Shown here one piece after another: positions 32,772 to 43,422 of a stretch of 64,000 nucleotides of DNA. The first letter of the stretch is position 1. The number at the start of each line of letters is the position of its first letter. Origin of the DNA: Alphaproteobacteria bacterium (lineage in GTDB: Bacteria > Pseudomonadota > Alphaproteobacteria > GCA-2746255); the NCBI GenBank assembly GCA_965249135.1, contig OZ252220.1, forward strand, positions 960,001 through 1,024,000, given 5' to 3'. Made by a program: the position numbers and the translations under genes. The notes under the pieces are model-generated. The model worked only from the letters and a program-made list of their open reading frames with translations. It was not told where the DNA came from and searched no databases.

Positions 32772-33230
32772 ATGGCGAAGGCGATCTTTGCGGCGGGCTG
32801 CTTCTGGGGCGTCGAGGCGACGTTTCGAAAGCTCGAAGGGGTGACGGCGAGCGCCGTCGGCTATACGGGCGGGGTGACCCGAGATCCGACCTACCGCGAG
32901 GTCTGCAAGGGTGATACCGGCCACGCCGAGGCGGTGGTGGTGACCTTCGAGCCTGAAAAGATTGCTTACGAGAAACTCCTCGACGTCTTCTGGAAGGCCC
33001 ACGATCCGACCAGCCTGAACCGCCAGGGTTCCGATCGGGGCGTCCAGTACCGCTCGGCGATTTTTTACACAACCCCGGAACAGGAGGCGGCGGCCAAGGC
33101 CTCGAAGGCAAGGCTCGAAAGGTCAGGCCGCTACGAGCGTGCGATCGTCACCGAGCTTACGCCCGCTTCGACCTTCTGGCTGGCCGAAGACTATCACCAG
33201 CAATATTTCGAGAAACAGGGCCGCGTGTAG
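32772..33230 (+). CDS. msrA: Peptide methionine sulfoxide reductase
   Basis: [38 protein letters not shown]. Confidence 0.95.
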   Translation: MAKAIFAAGCFWGVEATFRKLEGVTASAVGYTGGVTRDPTYREVCKGDTGHAEAVVVTFEPEKIAYEKLLDVFWKAHDPTSLNRQGSDRGVQYRSAIFYTTPEQEAAAKASKARLERSGRYERAIVTELTPASTFWLAEDYHQQYFEKQGRV

Positions 33231-33250
33231 GTTTAGGCCAGGCTTCGCGG

Positions 33251-33958
33251 CTACTCGCCGTATTTGTCGTGGAGCCGAAGCCACGCCATTGTGTAATCGA
33301 GGCTTTCCTCATCGCGTCCCATGGGCACGATATCGAGATAGTGGTAGGCGGTGATGAACATGTCGAGGCCCCGCCCAAACGATGAGTAGGCGTGAAGGAC
33401 GTCTCCATTCTCGCCTTTGCAAAAAACGCTGACGCCCGGCGCCTCGGTGCTGGGGAAAGTTTGCTTCTTATAATTGTAGGTGGTCTCGCCTTGCTCCAAC
33501 TCGTCTTCGGTGAACGACACGTTGTAATCTTGATTGAAATCGTTGCCCATCGATGAGACCCACTTGAACGTCCATCCCATCCGTTTCTTGAAGGCTTCGA
33601 GCTTTTCCAGCGGCGCCCTGGAAACGGCGATCATCGTCACGTCGCGCTGATTCAGATGGGGGATCGCCGGGTTGAAGTGGTCCGCCAGATACGAGCAGCT
33701 CGGGCACCCCTCGTCCCAGTCGGGGCCGAACATGAAGTGGTAGACGATGAGCTGGTGGCGTTCCTCGAACAGATCGGAAAGCGTCTCCTTGCCGTTCGGC
33801 CCGTCGAAAACATAATCTTTTTCGACCCGTTCCCAAGGAAGCGCCTGACGCGCCTTGCTTAGCGCATCGCGTACCTTCGTAAATTCCTTCTCCTTTACGA
33901 GGAACGCCTTTCGGGCCTCGATCCACGCCGCAGGGGATACGATTTTGGGCTTTTCCAT
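33251..33958 (-). CDS. DUF899 thioredoxin-like protein
   Basis: L-KEKEFT, QLIVYHFMFGP-WDEGCPSCS, RMGW-F-W-SS, WLR-HD-Y. Confidence 0.9.
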   Translation of the reverse strand: MEKPKIVSPAAWIEARKAFLVKEKEFTKVRDALSKARQALPWERVEKDYVFDGPNGKETLSDLFEERHQLIVYHFMFGPDWDEGCPSCSYLADHFNPAIPHLNQRDVTMIAVSRAPLEKLEAFKKRMGWTFKWVSSMGNDFNQDYNVSFTEDELEQGETTYNYKKQTFPSTEAPGVSVFCKGENGDVLHAYSSFGRGLDMFITAYHYLDIVPMGRDEESLDYTMAWLRLHDKYGE

Positions 33959-33960
33959 GT

Positions 33961-34580
33961 TCACCTCCCGTGTTCCTGGAGGTCGGGGTATCCGTTTATA
34001 TAGATCCAGTCGGTCGCCTCGGCCGGAAGGTGGCAGCCGATGCATTCGGCCTTGTAGTCCTTGGTGACCGTGGTGGACGGGTCATCGGCCTTGAACAAGG
34101 CCCAGCCCCAACCGTCTCCCCAAAGACCATGGTCCGGGAACCGGCCTTTCGCGTCCTTGATCATCACGAACCAGCCCTCGACCGCGTGCGCATGACTGAC
34201 TCGGCCGGCCGTCATGTCCTCAGTGGCGGTTCCAAACAGCTCCTTAACGATCACCGTGCCATCTGGAAACGCTCCGGTCTCGCGGTAGGCGTCCACTGCC
34301 TTCGGCTGGGTTAGACATTGTGGAAGCCGGACGCGCGCCCTTGGGGATCGTCGCCGGCCACCGACCAGGTACCCAGATAGCGCCAAGACCGAAAATCGTC
34401 GGGCAGCGAGATCAAGCCGTCGGCCCGGACGTAGGGCGAAAAGTCGGAGAGATCCCCGGCCGAAGCGGGTGCGATCGCGAGCCATCCCACGGCTGCTACG
34501 GCCATCGTCATTGCAAGGAAGTGATTCGTCGCCTGCCTCCAATGCCACAAGCCAGAAGCATGCCTCGTATATTGCACCAC
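33961..34580 (-). pseudogene. Cytochrome P460/c'-beta family protein, frameshift near 34311
   Basis: W-YLG, HNV(Y), FPDGTVIVKE, VMIKD, GWGWALF, C-terminal CIGCH; start uncertain. Confidence 0.75.
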
Positions 34581-34745
34581 ACCCTAGGCGAGGCAACCTT
34601 ACGCTTCGGCACAAACCCATCTCCCAAGAAGCGGGCGCTCAAGCGCAGGCCGGGCAAAACCGTACAAAAGCTATGGTTTTCTTTCCATCTGGCGGGTGGA
34701 ACAATCGATCGTGAAACGTAAAGAAGAGTAAGAGGGGGGACAAAG

Positions 34746-35366
34746 GTGAAATTCACGCAACGGTCTCTTACCACCGGTCTTGCCGGGATCGGGATTGCCG
34801 CGGCAATCGCGCTCTTCGGCCATGCCCCGCTTCACGCGGGCGAGATCGCCTACACACCCAAATTCAACGCGGCCGGAGAATTGTAGTTGCCCGAAGGCCC
34901 GGTTTGGTGAAACTGGGTGTTCATCGGCACGCCGGTTACTCCGAACGGGCTCAACGACGGAGCGGCGCCGTTCCCGGAGTTCCATATCGTCTACATCGAT
35001 CCGGAGAGTTACGCGCATTACAAGAAGACCGGCGAGTTTCGCGAAGGCACGGTCATCGCCAAGGAACTCACCTTCGTGAGAGCGACGGAAGACGCCAACG
35101 AGAATGGCTCGACGAACGAGGTCAGCGGCACCGGCTGTTTCATGGGCGAGTATTCGGGCTTGGAGATCACCATAAAGAGCAAGGCGCTCTACCCGGACGA
35201 GCCCGGTAATTGGGCCTATTACACGTTCGGCCACCAGCCCCAGCCCTATAACGCGACAGCCAAGCGGCAACCGGCCGATGCGTGCAACGCCTGCCACGAG
35301 GCAAGTGCCGCCGAAGACTTCGTATTTACGCAGTTCTACCCGGTTCTCCGCGCCGCGAAACCCTAA
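34746..35366 (+). pseudogene. Cytochrome P460 (CytL-like) with two in-frame stops
   Basis: WVFIGTPVTPN-LNDG-APFPEFH-VYIDP, GTVIAKEL, EPGNWAYY-F, CNACH, FTQFYPVLR; TAG 34884 and TGA 34908. Confidence 0.82.
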
Positions 35367-35400
35367 TCAGGGATCGCACGCTTAGAAGGTCAAACCACGC

Positions 35401-35757
35401 TTGGGGAAGATTCGCGTTAAACGAATTTTTGATCCACCGGAGCCGGCGGATGGGTACCGGTTGCTCGTCGACCGGCTGTGGCCGCGCGACGTTTCCAAGG
35501 AGCGTGCCGCACTCGATGCGTGGATGAAGGAGATCGGCCCGAGTGCGAAGCTTCGAGGTTGGTTCGGTCACGACGCCGCGCGCTGGCAGGCGTTCAAGCG
35601 GCGCTATGCCGCCGAACTGGACAAGCGCCAGGACCTGGTGGCCGAGATCCGCACGCTTAGCCACAAGCGCACGGTCACGCTTCTGTATTCGGCGCGCGAT
35701 GCCGACCACAACCAGGCGGTGGCGCTGGCGGAATACCTCGCCGCCAAGGCCGATTAA
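35401..35757 (+). CDS. DUF488/YeaO family protein
   Basis: KRI-D---DGYR-LVDRLWPR, PS--LR-WFGH, HNQA--L. Confidence 0.88.
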   Translation: MGKIRVKRIFDPPEPADGYRLLVDRLWPRDVSKERAALDAWMKEIGPSAKLRGWFGHDAARWQAFKRRYAAELDKRQDLVAEIRTLSHKRTVTLLYSARDADHNQAVALAEYLAAKAD

Positions 35758-36029
35758 TCGTAAAGGCTTAAGAAGCCCGGAATTACCCGCCGAGCAACGG
35801 TTAACGGCTTTTTGGCGTCCCACTGGGCTTTACGAATCATTGACTTTTGTGTGCTATTCTCCACATACTTCCAAATACGTGTTGCATTTGTTTAGTGAGA
35901 TCTAAATAACCGGTACGCCGATTAGCTTAGTTATCCCCTGACAATGTAAGCGTTAAATCGACCGCGTCGCCACATGGTGTGGGGCGCGGAATCAGGACAC
36001 ATGTAAGACACTTGTTAGAGGAAATAACT

Positions 36030-36239
36030 ATGGCTACTGGTACTGTAAAATGGTTCAACCCGGCCAAGGGTTTTGGATTCATCGAGCCGGATGACGGTTC
36101 AAAAGACGCTTTCGTTCACATTTCGGCCGTCGAACGCGCCGGACTGACGTCGCTCAGCGAAGGGCAGAAGGTCTCCTACGAGCTTCAGCCCGGACAGAAC
36201 GGCAAATCTTCCGCCGAGAACCTGTCCGTCGTCGAATAA
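36030..36239 (+). CDS. cspA: Cold-shock protein
   Basis: GTVKWFN--KGFGFI-P, D-FVHISA. Confidence 0.95.
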   Translation: MATGTVKWFNPAKGFGFIEPDDGSKDAFVHISAVERAGLTSLSEGQKVSYELQPGQNGKSSAENLSVVE

Positions 36240-36521
36240 CCGGGCATGGCGCCGCCTCCGACTCCGGTTGGGGGCGGCCGCCGCTTAGCCTTGGTGATGC
36301 GATCCTTGAGCGATCGCCTCGCAGACGGAAGGAGATGAGCGGACCGATCCGCACGGCCTTCCTTCGACAACACGACCTACGACGCACAAATACGTTAAAC
36401 GGCGCGCCGCGCCGTGCCATCGCAGAGTTTACGCATAAGCCTAGCGGGCGGTCCCGCCCGCGTCCCGGCCCGCGCTTGGCGACGAAAATTTCCGACCGCG
36501 CGCCTCAAGCTGAAGCAGAGG

Positions 36522-36821
36522 ATGTCCGAAATGTTGAAGTCAGCAAAATCGAGGGCCGAGGAACAATTCGCCGCAACCCAGAAGAAGGGCAAGCAGGCCC
36601 TGAAGGAAAAGGAAAAAGCGCGGGCTGAGATGGCGGAACGCGTGGCGAAGCAGCGGGCGGCTCGCTTGGCCAAGGAGGCGGTCGACAAGAAGGCCGCCGA
36701 GAAGGCCGAGGCCGAGAAGGCGGCCGCCAAGAAAACGGCCGCCAAGAAAACGGCCGCCAAGAAAACGGCCGCCAAGAAAGCCGCCGCCAAGAAAGCCGCC
36801 GCCAAGAAGAAAAAATCCTAA
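36522..36821 (+). CDS. Small basic coiled-coil protein with (AAKKT/A)n tail
   Basis: RAEEQF...RAARLAKEA then 15-bp tandem repeats encoding AAKKT. Confidence 0.65.
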   Translation: MSEMLKSAKSRAEEQFAATQKKGKQALKEKEKARAEMAERVAKQRAARLAKEAVDKKAAEKAEAEKAAAKKTAAKKTAAKKTAAKKAAAKKAAAKKKKS

Positions 36822-36864
36822 CGACGCCAGCTTGGCGCTTTGATTGACCCGGCGCTGTGATTGA

Positions 36865-36895
36865 AAAAACTGGTGCCCAGGGGCGGAATTGAACC
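36865..36895 (-). repeat. Copy 1 of tRNA-Phe 3' end (31 bp, att-like)
   Basis: aaaaactggtgcccaggggcggaattgaacc identical to 38106-38136. Confidence 0.93.
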
Positions 36896-36899
36896 GCTA

Positions 36900-37379
36900 A
36901 TGGCTAGCGAACTGATCAGCGTAGTCGCCGTTTCGACGGCGTTGGGTGCCGCCTTGGTTGCCGGTATCTTCTTCGCCTTCTCAACCTTCATCATGAAAGC
37001 TCTCAGCCGCCTACACCCCGAACAAGGGATCGCGGCAATGCAGTCCATTAACGTGACGGTACTCAACCCCTGGTTCTTTGCCGTGTTTTTCGGAACGGCG
37101 CTGGGCTCGATAGTGCTTGCCCTATTTGGAATCCTTGACTGGGGTGCGGCTGGGTCGACCTATCTGGTCGCCGGCAGCCTGCTTTACGTGATCGGCTGTA
37201 TCCTGGTGACCATCGTGTTCAACGTCCCGCTCAACCATGCACTGGCCGCTGTGGAACCGGACAGTAAAGAGGGTGCCGAAACGTGGACCCGGTATCTCTC
37301 CACGTGGACGACATGGAATCACCTTCGAACGGTCGCCTCGCTTGCCGCCGCAGCGGCGTTCATCCTGGCAATTCGATAA
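36900..37379 (+). CDS. DUF1772 (anthrone oxygenase-like) membrane protein
   Basis: AGIFFAFSTFIM-AL, AMQSIN, NVPLN--LA, W--WNHLRT. Confidence 0.88.
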   Translation: MASELISVVAVSTALGAALVAGIFFAFSTFIMKALSRLHPEQGIAAMQSINVTVLNPWFFAVFFGTALGSIVLALFGILDWGAAGSTYLVAGSLLYVIGCILVTIVFNVPLNHALAAVEPDSKEGAETWTRYLSTWTTWNHLRTVASLAAAAAFILAIR

Positions 37380-37435
37380 TCCCACCCCGCCCAGAGTGCA
37401 TACTCCATTTCTTAGATTCCCATACGATAGCAGTC

Positions 37436-37476
37436 AAAAACTGGTGCCCAGGGGCGGAATTGAACCGCCGATACGC
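37436..37476 (-). repeat. Copy 2 of tRNA-Phe 3' end
   Basis: Same 31 bp, plus 10 bp more with two mismatches to the tRNA. Confidence 0.93.
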
Positions 37477-37571
37477 CGGGGCGGCCCTTGCACACTTGAA
37501 CGTCCGAAAGCAGGGGTTTTATACTTTCCATCTGCCTATCCGCATCCGTTAGCGTTACTTGGAGACCAGCC

Positions 37572-37994
37572 ATGAAGCCGAAGCATTTCGTCTATGCGTT
37601 GCTTATCGCATCGGTTCCGTTCTTCGCTGGAAGCGCCTCGGCGGAACCAACTTTGTGGGGTATCTACGGCGCGCACAATTTGCACGACTGCCCAGTCAAC
37701 AATCGCGAGACGGCGAAGGCGGTGATCGCGCTCAACGCGATGGACCTCAAACCGTTGATGGAGAAGTATGGAGTCACGCGTTTCTTGGACCGATACCATT
37801 CGGGTCTCGAACACACTTTCCTCTGGGCCGTCGAGACCAACGAGCCACATAATCTGGAAGAGTTTGCCATCGAGCTCGGCGTCGCCAGTTGGAACGACTT
37901 GAAATTCGTGCCCCTGCGCACGTTTGAAGAGGGTGTCGTGCCGGTCGTTCGTGTGCTGCACGGCCTGGAAGACTGGAAACCACCAGCCGAGTAA
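37572..37994 (+). CDS. Exported hypothetical protein (H-x4-CP motif)
   Basis: GGAG RBS, signal peptide ending ASA, HNLHDCP. Confidence 0.65.
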   Translation: MKPKHFVYALLIASVPFFAGSASAEPTLWGIYGAHNLHDCPVNNRETAKAVIALNAMDLKPLMEKYGVTRFLDRYHSGLEHTFLWAVETNEPHNLEEFAIELGVASWNDLKFVPLRTFEEGVVPVVRVLHGLEDWKPPAE

Positions 37995-38111
37995 GCGAGC
38001 CACAATCGATTTGCGAGCCCGATGGCCGGTGCCGAGATCGCACCGAGCGCGTGGCCGGCGCTACCCCGAACAACGGGGGCTAAGGCAATTCCATCGAGCG
38101 CATTAAAAAAC

Positions 38112-38187
<76 letters not shown>

Positions 38188-38249
38188 AGATCGCGCGTTT
38201 CCGGCGGTTTTCATAGGCAAAAAGGACGGCCCTGTCCAGCCACCCACCC

Positions 38250-38447
38250 TTAACCCCCTTCATCTGCATCCTTATCTTCCGGGCCCGGCATCGTATCGGA
38301 GCGTTCCTCGGTCGGGATCCGGTAGTCCCCGTTCAACCATTTGCCAAGATCGCGGTCGGCGCAACGCTTCGAGCAAAACGGGCGGGTGGCCGTGCTTTGA
38401 GGCTTGCCGCAGATCGGACAAGCAGATTTTGCTTTACGCGCCGCCAT
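38250..38447 (-). CDS. yacG: DNA gyrase inhibitor
   Basis: CPICGK...PFCSKRC---DLG-W--G-Y-IP. Confidence 0.92.
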   Translation of the reverse strand: MAARKAKSACPICGKPQSTATRPFCSKRCADRDLGKWLNGDYRIPTEERSDTMPGPEDKDADEGG

Positions 38448-39042
38448 AACCGCCCCCATAGCCTAAACCTTCCAGCAGCAGCGCCGTCTCGCAGATGGAA
38501 AGCCCGATGACGTTCGTGTAGGAGCCTTGCAAGCTGCGCACGAAGCGTCCGGCATGGCCTTGAATGGCATAGCCGCCGGCCTTGCCTTCCCATTCGCGCG
38601 TTTCGAGATAGGCCTTGATCTCAGGACCGGTGAGCCGCTTGAAGGTGACCCGCGTCGTCACCAGACGGCTCGCGATCCCGCCACCTGGGCCGCCACCCGG
38701 CGCGATCACGCAAATGCCGCCATGGACCCGGTGGCTTCGTCCGGAAAGAAGGCGTAAACCGCGTTCCGCCTCGCCTTCGTCCCGCGCTTTAAGCAACACG
38801 CGGCGGCCAAGGGCGACGACGGTGTCCGCCGCCAGCACGAAGGCATCCTTGTTGCGGGCGGCGACGGCGGCCGCCTTTGCTTCGGCAAGCCGTTTGGCAA
38901 GCTGGTGCGGTTTCTCACCCGCGCCTCTCGTTTCATCGATTTTGGGCGGATCGACCGTGTCGGGGGCAAGGCCCGCCGCGACAAGAAGTTCAAGTCGTCT
39001 TGGTGAGGCAGACGCAAGCACGAGCGGGGAACGGGCCGACAT
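38434..39042 (-). CDS. maf: Maf nucleoside-triphosphate pyrophosphatase
   Basis: LASASPRR, ADTVV, KAGGYAIQG, GSYTNVIGL. Confidence 0.93.
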   Translation of the reverse strand: MSARSPLVLASASPRRLELLVAAGLAPDTVDPPKIDETRGAGEKPHQLAKRLAEAKAAAVAARNKDAFVLAADTVVALGRRVLLKARDEGEAERGLRLLSGRSHRVHGGICVIAPGGGPGGGIASRLVTTRVTFKRLTGPEIKAYLETREWEGKAGGYAIQGHAGRFVRSLQGSYTNVIGLSICETALLLEGLGYGGGYGGA

Positions 39043-39053
39043 TTTAAAGCGGA

Positions 39054-39272
39054 CTATTTGAAGCGGAAGGTGATCCGCCCTTTCGTCAGATCGTACGGCG
39101 TCATTTCGACGATGACCTTGTCGCCGGCCAGCACGCGGATGCGGTGCTTGCGCATCTTTCCGGCCGTATGGGCCAGCACTTCGTGGTCGTTCTCCAGCTT
39201 CACGCGAAACATCGCGTTGGGGAGCAATTCCATCACCGTGCCGGTGAACTCCAGGAGTTCTTCTTTCGCCAT
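39054..39272 (-). CDS. infA: Translation initiation factor IF-1
   Basis: [21 protein letters not shown]...[14 protein letters not shown]. Confidence 0.97.
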   Translation of the reverse strand: MAKEELLEFTGTVMELLPNAMFRVKLENDHEVLAHTAGKMRKHRIRVLAGDKVIVEMTPYDLTKGRITFRFK

Positions 39273-39361
39273 GGCGCTCTTTACGTTCCGTTCAGGGTCC
39301 CCGATGAATCTGCCGCGAGACCCCACAAGTCAAGGAATTTCTTGGGCTTTTTGCTTAAGAC

Positions 39362-39805
39362 TCACGCTTGCGGCGCGACCACCGCTTCGAAGCGAAGCTT
39401 GATGCGTTGCAAGAGTTCGTCCCGCACCTCGCGATAGACTTTGATCCGCACCTCGCGATTGCCGTGCACGTAGGAGGGATCCATCGTCTTCCAGTATTCC
39501 ACCTCGGCCGCCATCGTCCGCGTCATCTCGGCCGCCTTGTGCTGCGCCTCCGGCGAAAGCGAGACGACGAGATCGAAATAGGTGTCCTCGAGCTCCTCGA
39601 AGGCCTTCGAGCGGTGCCGGCTGATGTCGATGCCGATCTCGTCCATCACGGCCACCGCGAAGGCGTCGATCTCGCCGGCGCGCACGCCGACTGAATCGAC
39701 ATAGACGCGATCCCCCAACAGATGCTTCAGGATTCCCTCCGCCATCGGAGAACGGATGGCGTTGTGCGTACATGCGAAGAGCACGCTGCCGGGGAGGTTG
39801 CCCAT
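39362..39805 (-). CDS. Low-molecular-weight phosphatase/ArsC-like protein
   Basis: VLFACTHNAIRSPMAE (CX5R), DP motif. Confidence 0.88.
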   Translation of the reverse strand: MGNLPGSVLFACTHNAIRSPMAEGILKHLLGDRVYVDSVGVRAGEIDAFAVAVMDEIGIDISRHRSKAFEELEDTYFDLVVSLSPEAQHKAAEMTRTMAAEVEYWKTMDPSYVHGNREVRIKVYREVRDELLQRIKLRFEAVVAPQA

Positions 39806-40285
39806 TTAATTCCGAATGTGCAGGACGCAGATGAGAGTGAAAAGCCGGCGTGCCGTGTTGTCATCCATGACGACCTTGCCGGCCAGGCGATCGCATAAGA
39901 ACTCGGCGCCTTCGTCGTGGAGCCCGCGCCGGCCCATGTCGATCGATTCGATCTGGGTGGGCGTCGCCGACTTCTTGATGGCGGCGAAGTAGCTGTCGCA
40001 AACGGTGAAGTAATCGCGGATGAGCTTGCGAAACGGCGACATCGAAAGCGTGATGCGCGCCAGTTCGTCTCCGCAATTCGCGCGGATATCGAAATGGAGC
40101 CGCTTCTCGACGATCGAGAGGTGCAGATCGTAAGGGCCGGGCGTGAGACCGACCGGCGCGAAATGGTTTTCCTCGAGAAGATCGAAGATGGCGACGGAGC
40201 GCTCGTGCTCGACCTCCGGCGACCAGCGCACGATGGATCGCTCGTCGAGCGTCACTTCCGAAATGTGCTGCGTATTGGCGGACAC
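39806..40285 (-). CDS. UPF0262 family protein
   Basis: [37 protein letters not shown]. Confidence 0.9.
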   Translation of the reverse strand: MSANTQHISEVTLDERSIVRWSPEVEHERSVAIFDLLEENHFAPVGLTPGPYDLHLSIVEKRLHFDIRANCGDELARITLSMSPFRKLIRDYFTVCDSYFAAIKKSATPTQIESIDMGRRGLHDEGAEFLCDRLAGKVVMDDNTARRLFTLICVLHIRN

Positions 40286-40298
40286 TAGCGGCCCCCGT

Positions 40299-41624
40299 TC
40301 ACGCGTCGTCTCCAGGATTTCGGCGGATGCGCAAGGAAAGGGCGTGGGCATCCAGGCCCTCCGCCCGGGCCAGGGTCTCGGCCGCCGGGCCGAGCCGGCT
40401 CAAGCCTTCCGCGTTCACGCCGATGAGCGAGCTTCGCTTCAGGAAATCCATGACGCCAAGGCCGGAGGAAAACCGCGCGCTTCCTCCGGTGGGAAGCACG
40501 TGGCTGGGCCCCGCCACGTAATCGCCAAGCGCCTCCGGCGTAAACCGGCCTAAGAAGATGGCGCCGGCGTTTCGCACGCGGCCTGCGATGGCGTCGGGAT
40601 CTTTGACGGCAAGCTCGAGATGTTCCGGCGCCAGGGCATCGATCAGCGGGAGCGCATCTTCAATCCCCGCGACAAGGATGATCGCCCCGTTCTTCTCCCA
40701 GCTTGCCCTGGCGATCTCGGCCCGATCCAGGGTCCGAAGCGTGGTTGCGACCGCGGCCTCGACGCGGGCCGCGAAGGCGGCATCGTCGGTGATCAGGATG
40801 GCGCGGGCGGCCGGATCGTGTTCGGCCTGGGCAAGCAGATCGGCGGCGATCCAGGCGGGGTCGTTCTGGCCATCGGCCAGGATGAGGATTTCGGAAGGCC
40901 CGGCCACCATGTCGATGCCGACCCGGCCGAAGACCTGGCGCTTGGCCGACGCCACATAGGCGTTGCCGGGGCCGACGATCTTGTCGACGGCGGGCACGCT
41001 TTCGGTGCCGAACGCGAAAGCCGCGATCGCCTGGGCGCCGCCCAGCCGATAGACCTCGGTCACGCCGGCGATTTCGGCGGCGGCAAGAAGCAGCGGGTTC
41101 AGAGCGCGCGCCGGCGCCGGCGCCGTCATCACGATCCGCTCGACGCCGGCGACGCGGGCGGGGATGGCGTTCATCAGTACGCTGCTTGGGTAGACGGCCG
41201 TGCCGCCGGGCACATAGATGCCGACCGTTTGAAGCGGGCGGGTGCGAAAGCCCACCCGGATGCCCGCCTCGTCCCCGAGATCTGGGTCTTCCGGCAATTG
41301 GCGGCGGTGCGTGGCCTCGATGCGGCGCGCTGCAAACGCGAGCGCTTCCAGGACTTCTCCATCGACGGCGGCTTTTGCTTTCGCGAACTCGGCCTCATCG
41401 ACACGGAAGTCCTCAGGTTTCAGCGAAACGCCATCGAAACGCTCCGTATACTCGATGAGCGCTTGATCGCCGCGTTCGCGGACTTGCTTAAGGATTTCCG
41501 CTACGGCCGCATCGACGTCTTCCTGCACCTGGCGGGAGGCATCCAGCAACGCCCGGAACGCCGATTCGAAGCCGGCATCCTTCGCATCAAGAAACCTTGG
41601 CGCATCAAGAGACCTTGGCATCAA
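40299..41624 (-). CDS. hisD: Histidinol dehydrogenase
   Basis: [50 protein letters not shown]. Confidence 0.96.
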   Translation of the reverse strand: MMPRSLDAPRFLDAKDAGFESAFRALLDASRQVQEDVDAAVAEILKQVRERGDQALIEYTERFDGVSLKPEDFRVDEAEFAKAKAAVDGEVLEALAFAARRIEATHRRQLPEDPDLGDEAGIRVGFRTRPLQTVGIYVPGGTAVYPSSVLMNAIPARVAGVERIVMTAPAPARALNPLLLAAAEIAGVTEVYRLGGAQAIAAFAFGTESVPAVDKIVGPGNAYVASAKRQVFGRVGIDMVAGPSEILILADGQNDPAWIAADLLAQAEHDPAARAILITDDAAFAARVEAAVATTLRTLDRAEIARASWEKNGAIILVAGIEDALPLIDALAPEHLELAVKDPDAIAGRVRNAGAIFLGRFTPEALGDYVAGPSHVLPTGGSARFSSGLGVMDFLKRSSLIGVNAEGLSRLGPAAETLARAEGLDAHALSLRIRRNPGDDA

Positions 41625-42273
41625 CCATCTCCCGGAACCGGTCTATCCACGCCGTGACCTCGCGGGTGCGCGTCTTCAGCGCCGTTCGGTTGACGGCCAG
41701 GCGCGAGGTGATGTCGGCGATCTTCTCGACCTCGACGAGGCCGTTCTGGCGAAGCGTCTCTCCCGTTGCGACGAGATCGACGATGCGTTCGCAAAGGCCC
41801 ATCGAAGGGGCAAGCTCCATCGCCCCGTTCAGCTTGATGCATTCCGCCTGCACCCCGCGGGCGGCGAAGTGGCGCCGGGTAAGCGCGGGGTATTTCGTGG
41901 CGACGCGCACCCGGGACCAACGCGAAGGGTTGTCCTTCGTTCCCATCGCTTCCGGTTCGGCGACGACCAGCCGACAGCACCCGATGCGAAGGTCGAGCGG
42001 CGCATAGATCTCGGAATAGTCGAATTCCATCAGCACGTCGTTGCCGACGATGCCGAGCTGGGCGGCGCCGAAGGCGATGAAGGTGGCGGCATCGAAAGAG
42101 CGCACCTGGATGAGATCGAGCGCCGGGTCCGAGGTCGCGAAGCGGAGCTGGCGGGTATCGGGGTCGCGAAAAGCCGGCTCCGGCTCGACGCCAAGGCGCG
42201 CGAGCAGCGGCACCGCCTCGGCAAGCAGGCGGCCTTTCGGCAGTGCGAGCACGATTTTCTTGTCCTGCGCCAA
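41605..42273 (-). CDS. hisG: ATP phosphoribosyltransferase (short form)
   Basis: [39 protein letters not shown]. Confidence 0.95.
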   Translation of the reverse strand: MAQDKKIVLALPKGRLLAEAVPLLARLGVEPEPAFRDPDTRQLRFATSDPALDLIQVRSFDAATFIAFGAAQLGIVGNDVLMEFDYSEIYAPLDLRIGCCRLVVAEPEAMGTKDNPSRWSRVRVATKYPALTRRHFAARGVQAECIKLNGAMELAPSMGLCERIVDLVATGETLRQNGLVEVEKIADITSRLAVNRTALKTRTREVTAWIDRFREMVDAKVS

Positions 42274-42370
42274 GGTGTTCGCTCCTTTTCCCGGCCGCAC
42301 GTATAGCACAAGGGCGCGCTTTCAGCCTATGACCCGGTTTTTACCGCCAGCACCGAAGCGTTGTGCCGCC

Positions 42371-43300
42371 TCACCCCTGGTTGCCCTTGTAGTGAGCCCA
42401 GTCATAGCCCTTGCCGTAGCGCTTCACGAGAAAATCCACAAACGCCTTCACCTTGGGCGGCACGAAGCGTTGGTAGGGATGCACGGCGTAAAGCGGCGTC
42501 CGGTCCGGAACCGGTGGATGCTTGGGCATGACCTCGACAAATTCTCCGATTGCTAACGAGGGCTCGACCAGCCATTCCGGTGCAAGGACTAGCCCCATGG
42601 CATCCCGAGCAGCATTTACCAAGGCATAGCCGTTGTCGGCGCTGAAGCTTCCGAATGCGCGTACGTCAACGGTGCGACCGCCGGCCTTGAACCGCCAGAC
42701 GTTGTAGCCCGGATGTGTCCGAAAGATTAGACAGTTGTGGCCGGCCAGGTCTTCGGGGCGTTCCGGCGCGCCGACGCGATCCAGGTAACGCGGGCTGGCG
42801 CATAAATAGCGCCGCGCCTCACCGATCTTACGTGCGCGAAGCGTCGAATCTTCGAGCCGGCCGATTCGGACGGCGAGGTCGTACCCCTCGCCCACCAGGT
42901 CCACCACCCGATCGGTGAAGGTGAGCGCGAAACGCACTCCGGGCCAACGGGTCTGAAACTCACCGATGGCGGCCGTCAGGTGGTGCTCCATGCTCGCCGG
43001 AATCGTCAGACGGATGAGGCCGGAGGGATGATCCTCCAACTGCGCCGCCATGACCTTGGCCTCCTCCAGATCGAGCGGGATGCCCCGCGTGCGCTCATAG
43101 AACGAACGACCGACTTCCGTCAGGTTCAACTTGCGCGTGGTCCGGTGGAACAGAGCGGCGCCGACCCAGCCCTCGAGTTCAACGATGCGCCGCGAGACCG
43201 AAGAGGGTGCCAGCCCCGACTGCCGGCCGGCCTCGGAGAACGACCCGGTTTCCACCGCTTTCGCGAACAACGTGAGCGCGCCCAACCTGTCCATCGGCAT
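42371..43300 (-). CDS. LysR family regulator (CrgA-like)
   Basis: GSFS-A...LE--VG--LF-RTTRKL-LTE-G; DLV-EGYDLAVRIG. Confidence 0.93.
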   Translation of the reverse strand: MPMDRLGALTLFAKAVETGSFSEAGRQSGLAPSSVSRRIVELEGWVGAALFHRTTRKLNLTEVGRSFYERTRGIPLDLEEAKVMAAQLEDHPSGLIRLTIPASMEHHLTAAIGEFQTRWPGVRFALTFTDRVVDLVGEGYDLAVRIGRLEDSTLRARKIGEARRYLCASPRYLDRVGAPERPEDLAGHNCLIFRTHPGYNVWRFKAGGRTVDVRAFGSFSADNGYALVNAARDAMGLVLAPEWLVEPSLAIGEFVEVMPKHPPVPDRTPLYAVHPYQRFVPPKVKAFVDFLVKRYGKGYDWAHYKGNQG

Positions 43301-43422
43301 CTTCCTTTCCGCCAGATTTGTGCAAAAATAGCAATAATAAATTGCATATTTTTAGTCTAATCGTAAAGATAAATTTTGCCTATGTTGACGTCCAAGCGCA
43401 TCGCCAGCCGCTGGAGGACACC

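Noticed and set aside
41584-41623. 18-bp duplication at the hisG/hisD junction
   Set aside because: In frame, adds six residues, no sign of function.
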